From a virus (Duplodnaviria > Caudoviricetes), in IMG/VR virus record IMGVR_UViG_3300037631_003982, positions 1 to 25,371 of that record: DNA of 25,371 nt; one strand, written 5' to 3'. Positions within the stretch are counted from its first letter, which is position 1. Each line of letters begins with the position of its first letter. The position numbers were made by a program, and so were the translations under genes. Shown piece by piece: positions 8,719 through 16,157 of the stretch. The notes beneath the pieces were generated by a model. The model searched no databases. It saw nothing but the letters and a program-made list of their open reading frames with translations, and was not told the origin of the DNA.

Positions 8719-8726
8719 TATTTATC
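8719..8726 (-). promoter_or_regulatory. Late-promoter-like motif at the 5' end of the structured region
   Basis: GATAAATA on -, 6 nt after the stop of the upstream gene. Confidence 0.55.
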
Positions 8727-8732
8727 TTTTTA

Positions 8733-9224
8733 CTACTTTCTACCCTTATTTAATGGCGGTAAATTACCATATTCTGTAACAAAATGGTCTAAATATACCA
8801 TCTCTAAGTCTTTATGTATAGATCTTTCTACAATTTTCTCTTCTCCCATTACATTTACTGTAACAGTAGTAACAGGTAATTGTTTTGCCCATACACTTAC
8901 TTTGCCTTTCTTTACAGCAGAATAAAGTTCCTCTCTAATAACTGTATCAGTTGTACAACCATTTATGTACCTTCCCAGTCTACTAAAAGTTCCTTTTTTC
9001 CATCTAGGATTTTTACCTTTAGTTTCAAGTAGTAAAGGATTTCCTGATTCACCACACTTTACTATGTTATTATCTTTAACAATAAAGTATAGCCAACTCT
9101 TTTTATCAGGACCTACGAAATTATAATCAACATTCTCATAGTACCATTGATCATCTCTGTCAGGATGTAATATTACATCACATACCTTACTAAATCCATC
9201 TTCTATGTAGTTGTTTATTTTCAT
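8733..9224 (-). CDS. GIY-YIG-like endonuclease (reminiscent of T4 endonuclease II)
   Basis: WLYFIVKDNNIVKCGES...RLGRYING...DLEMVYL...LPPLN follows the Y..G..R..E..N catalytic layout. Confidence 0.55.
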   Translation of the reverse strand: MKINNYIEDGFSKVCDVILHPDRDDQWYYENVDYNFVGPDKKSWLYFIVKDNNIVKCGESGNPLLLETKGKNPRWKKGTFSRLGRYINGCTTDTVIREELYSAVKKGKVSVWAKQLPVTTVTVNVMGEEKIVERSIHKDLEMVYLDHFVTEYGNLPPLNKGRK

Positions 9225-9226
9225 GC

Positions 9227-10084
9227 TTATAGTATAGCAAGACTGTTGCAGAAGTCAACAGTATTTTTATGAAATTCTGCAACTTTTTCTAATGTAAATT
9301 CGTCTTTGCTAAATCTCACAAATGCACCTGAAGTATTGTTTCTCCATTCAAAGTCTATAAGACCACTGTCATTTAACATAAATGCAAGTTCTTCACAGTT
9401 TTTATCTGTTTTAGTCATCTCTGCTTTGCCTTTTACTCTTAGCAAAAATGATGCACTAGAGTCTAGTAAGTCTACATTCATTTTATACTTTCCAACATTT
9501 TGCATACTAACATACTCTTGTGCAACTTTATTGAACTGCCCAGGGTATGCATCATGGATAGATTGGTGTGATTGGAGTTTAGAATCTTTACTTTCCATAG
9601 ACTCTCTATTACTTAATACCTTAACTTTTTGTTTTGTATCATATGGTCTCATAGATGTAAACCAATTTACACTTATATCATTACCATGCTTATATATTTC
9701 AGGGTGTACAATATAAATTTTAAAGTTAGATGTTGCATTCATATACTTTACAAAGTCTCTCATCTTTTCTGTAAGGTCCTCACAAATAATAACACAATCT
9801 TCTGTGCCTTGATCAAAACCATACAGCATAATTTTACTTGCGTGTACATCATCAAGCCAGCCTGTAGCATCTTGACATTCTATAGCAAACAATACATTAT
9901 CATCTGTATCAGTTGCAACAAGATCTATTCTTTTACTACCAGCAGTAGGAACTTCATACTGCATTTTAAACTCACCTGTGTAATCAACTGCTTCTAATAA
10001 CTTAGAGGACCATTCGTGATTTCTACAAACATCAGTAGTAAATTTTACTTCACCACCGTATTCTTTAATGTTAATTTTTTCCAT
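9227..10084 (-). CDS. Putative PD-(D/E)xK-fold nuclease-like protein
   Basis: QYEVP...RIDLVA...FAIECQ...DDVHASKIMLY resembles the E..D..ExQ..H pattern of restriction-endonuclease-like domains. Confidence 0.5.
   Translation of the reverse strand: MEKINIKEYGGEVKFTTDVCRNHEWSSKLLEAVDYTGEFKMQYEVPTAGSKRIDLVATDTDDNVLFAIECQDATGWLDDVHASKIMLYGFDQGTEDCVIICEDLTEKMRDFVKYMNATSNFKIYIVHPEIYKHGNDISVNWFTSMRPYDTKQKVKVLSNRESMESKDSKLQSHQSIHDAYPGQFNKVAQEYVSMQNVGKYKMNVDLLDSSASFLLRVKGKAEMTKTDKNCEELAFMLNDSGLIDFEWRNNTSGAFVRFSKDEFTLEKVAEFHKNTVDFCNSLAIL
9231..9258 (-). promoter_or_regulatory. sigma70-like promoter for the GIY-YIG-like gene
   Basis: TTGACT-N16-TATACT with TGn extension, inside the 3' end of the upstream ORF; -10 ends 6 nt before the ATG. 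Confidence 0.6.
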
Positions 10085-10431
10085 TACGCAGACTCCTTTT
10101 TATAGTTAGCCATTTCTTCTTTAACCATTTTACGATACTCGCCCATTAACTGCCAACCATTAAGGTCGCCTACAGTTTGAATATCAAAACCATAACCTGT
10201 TTTCTCACTTCTGTTTGGTGTGTAAGAAACTTGGGTGACTGAACCAAATACTATTTTGTAATATTTTTGTTCGTAGTAGTCGCCTCTTTTGTCACCCGAT
10301 ATCCAAAATGCATTGTCTGTTCTTGCAACTGGACTTAGTTTGGCACCAGTACATCTTTCTATAAACCTTTTTAAAGTTTCAGTAGGCTGATAATCTTTTG
10401 AAAGAACGGTTGTGTTTCTATCTTTAATCAT
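10084..10431 (-). CDS. Hypothetical protein
   Basis: 115 aa ORF coupled to both neighbours by TAATG overlaps. Confidence 0.75.
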   Translation of the reverse strand: MIKDRNTTVLSKDYQPTETLKRFIERCTGAKLSPVARTDNAFWISGDKRGDYYEQKYYKIVFGSVTQVSYTPNRSEKTGYGFDIQTVGDLNGWQLMGEYRKMVKEEMANYKKESA

Positions 10432-10943
10432 TACGCCGCCTCCACTTCAGTTTGTAGTTGAGGATCTTTACGATCAAACCAACCATTAGCAGTTTTATAC
10501 TGACATTTGTAGTCATTTCTAGTACCACCCTCACCAGGTACCCATTGTTCCGCTCTGCTAATAATAGCAGGGTTCCAATAAGATTCATCACCAGGAGTGT
10601 GATGGGTACGACATTTCCACTGCTTGTCCTCATAATAGAACTGTGTAGCAATTTCCCAACTCTCACAAATTGGTCCTTTTCCGTCGCCATTTTTACCAAG
10701 ATCACGTATCTCCCAGTCGATGATATACTCTTCGAAAGCCTCGTTCTTACTTTCTATTAGTTTACTTAATGTAGGTATGCCATCAGTAACAATACTATTG
10801 ATATTGGCTTCAGTTAAGTCAGTAACAAAATAAGTGCTACCACCCTTAAACTTCCAATGTGCTTCATCTACACCATGTTCATAACCTTCGTTATGAGCCG
10901 CATAGTTTTCTCTGTATTGTGTGTTTATTACTAATGTTTGCAT
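10431..10943 (-). CDS. Hypothetical phage-type protein
   Basis: 170 aa, RBS GGGAG, directly downstream of a sigma70-like promoter; TQYRENY...WKFKGGSTY motif. Confidence 0.8.
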   Translation of the reverse strand: MQTLVINTQYRENYAAHNEGYEHGVDEAHWKFKGGSTYFVTDLTEANINSIVTDGIPTLSKLIESKNEAFEEYIIDWEIRDLGKNGDGKGPICESWEIATQFYYEDKQWKCRTHHTPGDESYWNPAIISRAEQWVPGEGGTRNDYKCQYKTANGWFDRKDPQLQTEVEAA

Positions 10944-10978
10944 AATTTAACTCCCTTATTAATTTAAACTATACATAT

Positions 10979-11006
10979 AGTATAGCAGGAAAACACATAT
11001 TGTCAA
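10979..11006 (-). promoter_or_regulatory. sigma70-like early promoter
   Basis: TTGACA-N16-TATACT with TGn extension. Confidence 0.7.
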
Positions 11007-11012
11007 GTGTTT

Positions 11013-11273
11013 TTATGCTTTTATTTGCAATTCTTTTTGGTTCATTTTATCAAACCACTGACGCATAAAGTACTTTCTAATGATTGCAACTATTGTAAAT
11101 ACTGTAGTTAAAAATATAGTCATCATTAAATTATTTGCAGAGTCGTTATCATTTATTCCTAGTAACGTTGCTATCCACAATAATACAAAGTTTAAAGGGA
11201 AATTAATTATTAATGCAAATGTTGTGTCTACTACTGCTTCTCGCATTGCTTGTTTCTTTTTTATGCTATTCAT
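11013..11273 (-). CDS. Small 2-TM membrane protein
   Basis: Two hydrophobic helices followed by IIRKYFMRQWF. Confidence 0.7.
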   Translation of the reverse strand: MNSIKKKQAMREAVVDTTFALIINFPLNFVLLWIATLLGINDNDSANNLMMTIFLTTVFTIVAIIRKYFMRQWFDKMNQKELQIKA

Positions 11274-11607
11274 GAATAAAATATCCTTCCATATCTTTAT
11301 TAATTTTTAACTTGTTTAATGGCTGATGACCAAACATAATTTTAAATAATGCATAGTCTTGCTCATCTTCAAATACAGCATCAACAATTAATTTTAAACT
11401 GTAGTCTGAGTCTCCCCAATTCCTCTCAAAACTTATTTTTGCACCAGACTCTTCAGCCCATTTCCAATATTGTTTTAATGTATTATGTGTTGCGGAGTCA
11501 TGTATGTAATCATAATCGCCATCGTCTTTTACAACTGCTTCAATTATTCTTACTTTCATTCTTACTTTCTTCAAATTTAAATCCGTCTGGTCTGGCCTTA
11601 TTAGCAT
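11266..11607 (-). CDS. Hypothetical phage-type protein
   Basis: ORF with FEDEQDYALFKIMF motif; true start may be ATG 11559. Confidence 0.65.
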   Translation of the reverse strand: MLIRPDQTDLNLKKVRMKVRIIEAVVKDDGDYDYIHDSATHNTLKQYWKWAEESGAKISFERNWGDSDYSLKLIVDAVFEDEQDYALFKIMFGHQPLNKLKINKDMEGYFIHE

Positions 11608-11863
11608 ACCAAGGTTCTTTTGTCTTAGACCTTTTATAAAACATTGCTATACCATAAGCACTAATTAAAAACCAAAAGAACTCTATAACCATACTAGGTT
11701 TGTTTGGTGTTTCAATTAAACTTACAGTAACAAGTATTGCTACAAGTAAGTTGTTAAAACTGTACCAAAAACCTTTAGGGTCTATTCTATCTAATTGAAG
11801 TAAGGCGTATGTTACTATTAATAATGCTACTCCGGTGTATCCAACAAACTCAGGTATTGTCAT
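11540..11863 (-). CDS. Small 3-TM membrane protein (CBU_0592-like)
   Basis: GYTGVALLIVTYALLQLDRI...YSFNN...SMVIEFFWFLISAYG. Start placed at MTIPEF because 11864-11914 lies within another ORF. Confidence 0.7.
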   Translation of the reverse strand: MTIPEFVGYTGVALLIVTYALLQLDRIDPKGFWYSFNNLLVAILVTVSLIETPNKPSMVIEFFWFLISAYGIAMFYKRSKTKEPWYANKARPDGFKFEESKNESKNN

Positions 11864-12002
11864 CTTTTTTATCCTTTTTCTTATTTCCAAAAATCTTTTC
11901 CCAATTTTCAGCATATTTTTCTTGATCAGTAGGTTTCTGTACAGAGCCTTTGCCTCCGTGCCATTGTCCTTTACTCTTTCCTATATTTTTATCTTCGCTC
12001 AT
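11850..12002 (-). CDS. 50-aa basic phage-type protein (absent from ORF track)
   Basis: MSEDKNIGKSKGQWHGGKGSVQKPTDQEKYAENWEKIFGNKKKDKKDDNT; ATGA overlap with the upstream gene and fills the gap. Confidence 0.75.
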   Translation of the reverse strand: MSEDKNIGKSKGQWHGGKGSVQKPTDQEKYAENWEKIFGNKKKDKKDDNT

Positions 12003-12376
12003 ACAAACAACTCTGCTAAGTTCATTAATACTGCTGTACCTGTAATAGCACTACCTATCATAATTGCTTTATCGTTCCATACATGCCCAACATATACCCA
12101 AGCAATTGAACTTAAGGCATAGGCTACTTTGCCTAATGTCATAAAGTCTGCACTTTGTAAGAAGACTCCTGATACTGCAAGTATTGTTGCCAGCCATTTA
12201 ATATAACTGTCTATGCCACCTGTTGGTGTACTAGGAGAAAATATATCTACTTGCTCTTGTGCTTCAGCAAGTTCCTCTTTTAATCTATTACGTTCTGCAT
12301 TTAGTTCACGTGCTAATTGTCCTGCTCTACTAGTTGAGTCTATCTTCTTAACTTCTTCTTTATATGACTTTTCCAT
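11999..12376 (-). CDS. Small membrane protein (DUF6552-like) with N-terminal coiled coil
   Basis: YIKWLAT...AWVYVGHVWNDKAIMI; paralogous to the next ORF. Confidence 0.7.
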   Translation of the reverse strand: MEKSYKEEVKKIDSTSRAGQLARELNAERNRLKEELAEAQEQVDIFSPSTPTGGIDSYIKWLATILAVSGVFLQSADFMTLGKVAYALSSIAWVYVGHVWNDKAIMIGSAITGTAVLMNLAELFV

Positions 12377-12699
12377 TAGTTACCCAAAAAATATTTTAAT
12401 AAACCTGATGCAAGTACAAACATTAACACACCATTTAATAACAACAATGCTCTATCCTTCCATAAGAGCCCAACAACCATCCAGCCTGTGACTCCTACAA
12501 AACTAAAGATATTATCTAACAAGTTAGCAATTTGACTGTCTATATCTGGTCCATTTATTCTAAACATAGCAGATAGTAAAATAAAGAAACTTGCTGTCCA
12601 CTTTATATACCAACTTGCGTCTTGTTTAGGTGTAGCACTTTTATATATTCGTTTACTGTTTGCTATTTCGTCTGGATGAAACTCTTGCTTATTTGCCAT
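12376..12699 (-). CDS. Small membrane protein (DUF6552-like)
   Basis: WYIKWTAS...GWMVVGLLWKDRALLLLNG, three TM segments. Confidence 0.75.
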   Translation of the reverse strand: MANKQEFHPDEIANSKRIYKSATPKQDASWYIKWTASFFILLSAMFRINGPDIDSQIANLLDNIFSFVGVTGWMVVGLLWKDRALLLLNGVLMFVLASGLLKYFLGN

Positions 12700-12907
12700 G
12701 TACTTTACTATTCCTTTTATATTGTCTCTTGTTCATTTCTTTATCAAACTCTTTCTCAGTCCACATATAGATTTCTTTATACTTTCTAAAGTGTGGTATC
12801 CTTTCGTATGTGTCACAGTCAAAGTCACAGTTCTTACACCATTTTTCTATTGGGTGATTGCATTCAGGCCACTTCCAATCGTGTGGAATCTGTATGTAAG
12901 AACTCAC
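12689..12907 (-). CDS. Small Cys-containing hypothetical protein
   Basis: 72 aa, CxH...CxxCxxxC; overlaps both neighbours. Confidence 0.6.
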   Translation of the reverse strand: MSSYIQIPHDWKWPECNHPIEKWCKNCDFDCDTYERIPHFRKYKEIYMWTEKEFDKEMNKRQYKRNSKVHGK

Positions 12908-13137
12908 TACTGCATGTTCCTACTAAATTCTAATTCTTGTTCCCAATTTTCCTTATTACTAATGTATTGGTCTGTGCCTTTTTGTGCAATGATTAGTCGC
13001 CCACCATCCATATCTAATCTGATACTATCTGTTTTTACAATCTCACCATGCCTTCCTATAAAGGTTGCTTCTATATTTCCTTGTTTATCTTCTGGGTGTA
13101 GATTTTCTATTAATGTTACGATTTCTTCCTTCTTCAT
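12907..13137 (-). CDS. Hypothetical protein
   Basis: 76 aa, ATGA-coupled to the upstream gene. Confidence 0.7.
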   Translation of the reverse strand: MKKEEIVTLIENLHPEDKQGNIEATFIGRHGEIVKTDSIRLDMDGGRLIIAQKGTDQYISNKENWEQELEFSRNMQ

Positions 13138-13619
13138 CCTCTTCTCATTCTTGCTATATCTTTTGCTTGATCAGTGCCTTTCATAACTGGTACTGCATTA
13201 CTTTTGTGCATAGTAGCAATGCCTTGTATAAGGTCACCTGTGTACTTCATAGGCTCCTTCTTAGTACCATGGCTCATGCTCTCACTATTAAATGTACCTG
13301 ACTTCATTTGCTGTTCCATAAGACTAGGATACTTTTCTCTATGCTCAGCATCTTGTTTTACTCTCCAATTAGTATCAGGCTGTAACTTTGTAAAGTGCCT
13401 GTAGTCTCTTGGGTCTGGTCTTTTAGATGCTGTACCATAACAGTAGTCAATATACTCTTGTAGTGTGTCGTATCTCATATGATGCATGTGTCTACGTTTC
13501 ATAGATCTATTATGCTCACGCCATCTAAGTTCCAGCTCTTTAAGTTTACCTTTAGTAATCTTAGCCTTATACTTTTTAGTATTAATCGTAGAAAACCTGT
13601 TATCTAAATGCATTGTCAT
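13134..13619 (-). CDS. Phage-type hypothetical protein with C-terminal GIATMHKSNAVPV motif
   Basis: Basic 161 aa ORF directly after a sigma70-like promoter; motif recalled from phage hypotheticals. Confidence 0.75.
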   Translation of the reverse strand: MTMHLDNRFSTINTKKYKAKITKGKLKELELRWREHNRSMKRRHMHHMRYDTLQEYIDYCYGTASKRPDPRDYRHFTKLQPDTNWRVKQDAEHREKYPSLMEQQMKSGTFNSESMSHGTKKEPMKYTGDLIQGIATMHKSNAVPVMKGTDQAKDIARMRRG

Positions 13620-13625
13620 ACACTT

Positions 13626-13653
13626 ATTATAACAGGTTGTATTAGTTTGTCAA
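13626..13653 (-). promoter_or_regulatory. sigma70-like promoter
   Basis: TTGACA-N16-TATAAT with TGn; -10 ends 6 nt before ATG 13619. Confidence 0.75.
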
Positions 13654-13857
13654 CTATTTTGTAAGATTTTTATATACTGATTTAGTTAAGTCACCGTATA
13701 TTGGTGCAAGAATTAGTATAGCAATTAGAAGCAATCCGTTACCTATTTGCTCTCCTGTAAGTCCAGCATTTGTACCTATGTATTTAATACCAAATATTAC
13801 ACCAGCAATTAATGTAAATGAACCTAATCCTATTAATGTGTTTATAAATGTTTTCAT
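13654..13857 (-). CDS. Small 2-TM membrane protein
   Basis: 67 aa, two hydrophobic helices, RBS AGGA. Confidence 0.7.
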   Translation of the reverse strand: MKTFINTLIGLGSFTLIAGVIFGIKYIGTNAGLTGEQIGNGLLLIAILILAPIYGDLTKSVYKNLTK

Positions 13858-13899
13858 ATGTTATTCCTAATAAGTGTAAGATTAATTTCTTACTCTCTT

Positions 13900-13927
13900 A
13901 TAATAGCATATCTTGTGTCTTTGTCAA
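13900..13927 (-). promoter_or_regulatory. sigma70-like promoter
   Basis: TTGACA-N16-TATTAT with TGn. Confidence 0.65.
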
Positions 13928-13962
13928 CCTTTTTATACTATATATAGTACATTTTGTACTAT

Positions 13963-14397
13963 TTAACTAAAATCTTTTAACATTTTTGTTATTTCTAATG
14001 CGTGTTGTTCTTCCATACCAATTTGACCTCTGGCATATTCTTCTAACATTATACTTGCATTTTCAACTTCTTCTAGTAATTCTTTGTATTTGTTTACTGC
14101 TCTAACTTCATGTTCTAAACTTTCAGTTAGTATTTGAATAACACTATGATCATGTGATTCTTCTATAGGTGCTATTTGTTGACTAGGATGTCCGTCAAAG
14201 CCTGTGATATATTCACCTGCAATCAAGGCATGTTGTAAACTTTCTGTTGCTTGTTCCTGTAGGAATGCTACAATAGGAATCCTGTTGGGTCCTGTTATCA
14301 TTAACGAACTGTGAGCATAACGTACAACTCCTGCCATTTCTAATTCAACTATCTCGTTGAGTAACTCACATACTCTTTTTAAATTTAAATCTTTCAT
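13963..14397 (-). CDS. bfr: Bacterioferritin/ferritin-like diiron protein
   Basis: LNEIVELEMAGVVRY, ESLQH, EHEVRAVNKY, EEQH: ferroxidase ExxH motifs of a four-helix bundle. Confidence 0.82.
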   Translation of the reverse strand: MKDLNLKRVCELLNEIVELEMAGVVRYAHSSLMITGPNRIPIVAFLQEQATESLQHALIAGEYITGFDGHPSQQIAPIEESHDHSVIQILTESLEHEVRAVNKYKELLEEVENASIMLEEYARGQIGMEEQHALEITKMLKDFS

Positions 14398-14465
14398 TTG
14401 TTATATTTCCAAGTTATCCATATAGTTGCAGTTACCATAAATGCAATTAGTAGTGTTAATCCCAT
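14394..14465 (-). CDS. 23-aa single-TM micro-protein (absent from ORF track)
   Basis: MGLTLLIAFMVTATIWITWKYNK; TAATG overlap with the cytochrome c stop and ATGA overlap with the bfr start. Confidence 0.6.
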   Translation of the reverse strand: MGLTLLIAFMVTATIWITWKYNK

Positions 14466-14911
14466 TACCTAGGTAGTCCTGCTTCTATAAAGGCACCAAT
14501 TGTTTCCATATCCTTTGCGGATAACATTCCTGCCTGTGCCCACATAGTGCTACTCATTGCACCAACCTGTTCTTTATTTTTGTATTGTACAAGTCTGTTT
14601 ACAATGTATGATTTGTCTCTACCTTGTAAACTTGGAAATGGTCCCATACCACCGCCATCTGCTCCGTGACATGCGGCACAACCTGCCCATAAACTTCTAA
14701 TGCTACTGAACTCATCAGCACTTGCTAATGCTTGTTTGCGTTGTTCTATCTCTGCTGGTGTTCCATACAGTTTAACATACTCAACATAACATTCGCCTGT
14801 GCAACTATGTCCACCTGTGCCACCAGTGTATTCTAACTCTGGGTATACTTTAAATCCAAAGAACACCGCTATTGCTAGTGTTCCTAATAATGCCATTCCT
14901 AATTCTCTCAT
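14465..14911 (-). CDS. Membrane-anchored class I c-type cytochrome (c553/c4-like domain)
   Basis: N-terminal TM, CAACHGADG heme motif, FPSLQG, YIVNRLVQYK, distal Met in MSSTMWAQA. Confidence 0.9.
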   Translation of the reverse strand: MRELGMALLGTLAIAVFFGFKVYPELEYTGGTGGHSCTGECYVEYVKLYGTPAEIEQRKQALASADEFSSIRSLWAGCAACHGADGGGMGPFPSLQGRDKSYIVNRLVQYKNKEQVGAMSSTMWAQAGMLSAKDMETIGAFIEAGLPR

Positions 14912-14985
14912 TTCTTATCCTCAGTTCTTCTTACTATCCAAACTACTAATAATGTAAATACCATTCCTGCAAACACATATTCCAT
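14908..14985 (-). CDS. 25-aa single-TM micro-protein (absent from ORF track)
   Basis: MEYVFAGMVFTLLVVWIVRRTEDKK; GGAGA RBS, ATGA overlap with the cytochrome c start. Confidence 0.6.
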   Translation of the reverse strand: MEYVFAGMVFTLLVVWIVRRTEDKK

Positions 14986-14986
14986 A

Positions 14987-15778
14987 CTATTCTCCATCGT
15001 AATACTCAAGACGCTCAATGTCGTCTTCGTTTGTTTCTTCACCATATTGTATTTCTATAATATGGCAAGGTTCTGTAGTCTTATTTACAATTTGATGCCA
15101 ACTACCTGCTCTAACAGTAAAGGATTGGTCTGTTTTAATAACATGGTATGAGTAATGCTCAGGTAAATCAGTGTCAGCACCATACTTAACTTCACATTGC
15201 CCTTTACTTACAAACCATATTTCACTTCGTTTAAAGTGTCGCTGATAACTAATTCCTTTACCTGGTTCAATAATAAGTTCTTTTACCTTTACCGCTGAGT
15301 CTTGAAACAAATCACTAAACTCGCCCCACACTCTGCGTTCTGTTGGATACTTCCATTCTTTTAATATCCAACTACTACTGTTGGATTTATCACTTCCGCC
15401 TACACCAAATTTAAATGTGTAGCCATCTACTGACATCTCTGGAATATTGTCTTTTGTTCTATCACCTCCGTTGCAAAAGATCCTATTATATCCTGGGTAT
15501 GCTTTCTTTATATGTTTTAAAGTACTACATACAGAACCGTCATTATCACCACCACCAAATACACTATCAACGTATTCAAGTCCTTCTATTATATTTGCAC
15601 GTTCTTCAAAAGGCATAAAAGGTCTACCTTTCTTTTTAGTTAACCATTCATCAGAGTTTACTATAACACATAGTTGGTCACCATATTTTTTTGCTTCTTT
15701 AAATAATTTTAAATGTCCTGAGTGCAAAGGATCAAATCCTCCACTTACAATTACTATTGAGGGTTTTTTACTTTCCAC
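14987..15778 (-). CDS. Cytidylyltransferase-like domain fused to a mannose-6-P isomerase type II cupin
   Basis: SGGFDPLHSGH, KKGRPFM, NGGDR, KSNSSSWIL; then RVWG, SYQRHFKRSEIW, WHQI, IIEIQYGE, EDDIERLE. GTG start at 15778 preferred over 15811. Confidence 0.88.
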   Translation of the reverse strand: MESKKPSIVIVSGGFDPLHSGHLKLFKEAKKYGDQLCVIVNSDEWLTKKKGRPFMPFEERANIIEGLEYVDSVFGGGDNDGSVCSTLKHIKKAYPGYNRIFCNGGDRTKDNIPEMSVDGYTFKFGVGGSDKSNSSSWILKEWKYPTERRVWGEFSDLFQDSAVKVKELIIEPGKGISYQRHFKRSEIWFVSKGQCEVKYGADTDLPEHYSYHVIKTDQSFTVRAGSWHQIVNKTTEPCHIIEIQYGEETNEDDIERLEYYDGE

Positions 15779-16157
15779 GATCACGCAACCTTCTGATGCG
15801 TTCCTTAGCAACCCAAGCCTTTCTTTTCTCTCGTTTACCTTTTAAATATTTTTGTCCGGAAACAGGAGTAGGCATATACTCTCCTTTAGCAATCATATTA
15901 TCTTGTTCTTTTCTAGAACGTTTCTTTGCTTGATCCTTCATACGTTTTCGTTTTACTGAAGGTTTTTCGTAGTGTTCTCTTTTGGAAAGTTCTTTTTGGA
16001 AATCCATTTTTTCTAAAACTTTTTTAAGACGTCTTATAGCACCGTTAACATCATCATATCTTACTTCAATATTTCGACCCTTGAATTTATCTAAGTAATG
16101 TTCTTTCTTTTTAGGTTTGCTGTCCCTTTTTGTGTATTTGTTTTTATTAAATGCCAT
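15768..16157 (-). CDS. rpsU: Ribosomal protein bS21 with N- and C-terminal extensions
   Basis: IEVRYDDVNGAIRRLKK...ELSKREHYEKPSVKRKR core. Confidence 0.88.
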   Translation of the reverse strand: MAFNKNKYTKRDSKPKKKEHYLDKFKGRNIEVRYDDVNGAIRRLKKVLEKMDFQKELSKREHYEKPSVKRKRMKDQAKKRSRKEQDNMIAKGEYMPTPVSGQKYLKGKREKRKAWVAKERIRRLRDRGK

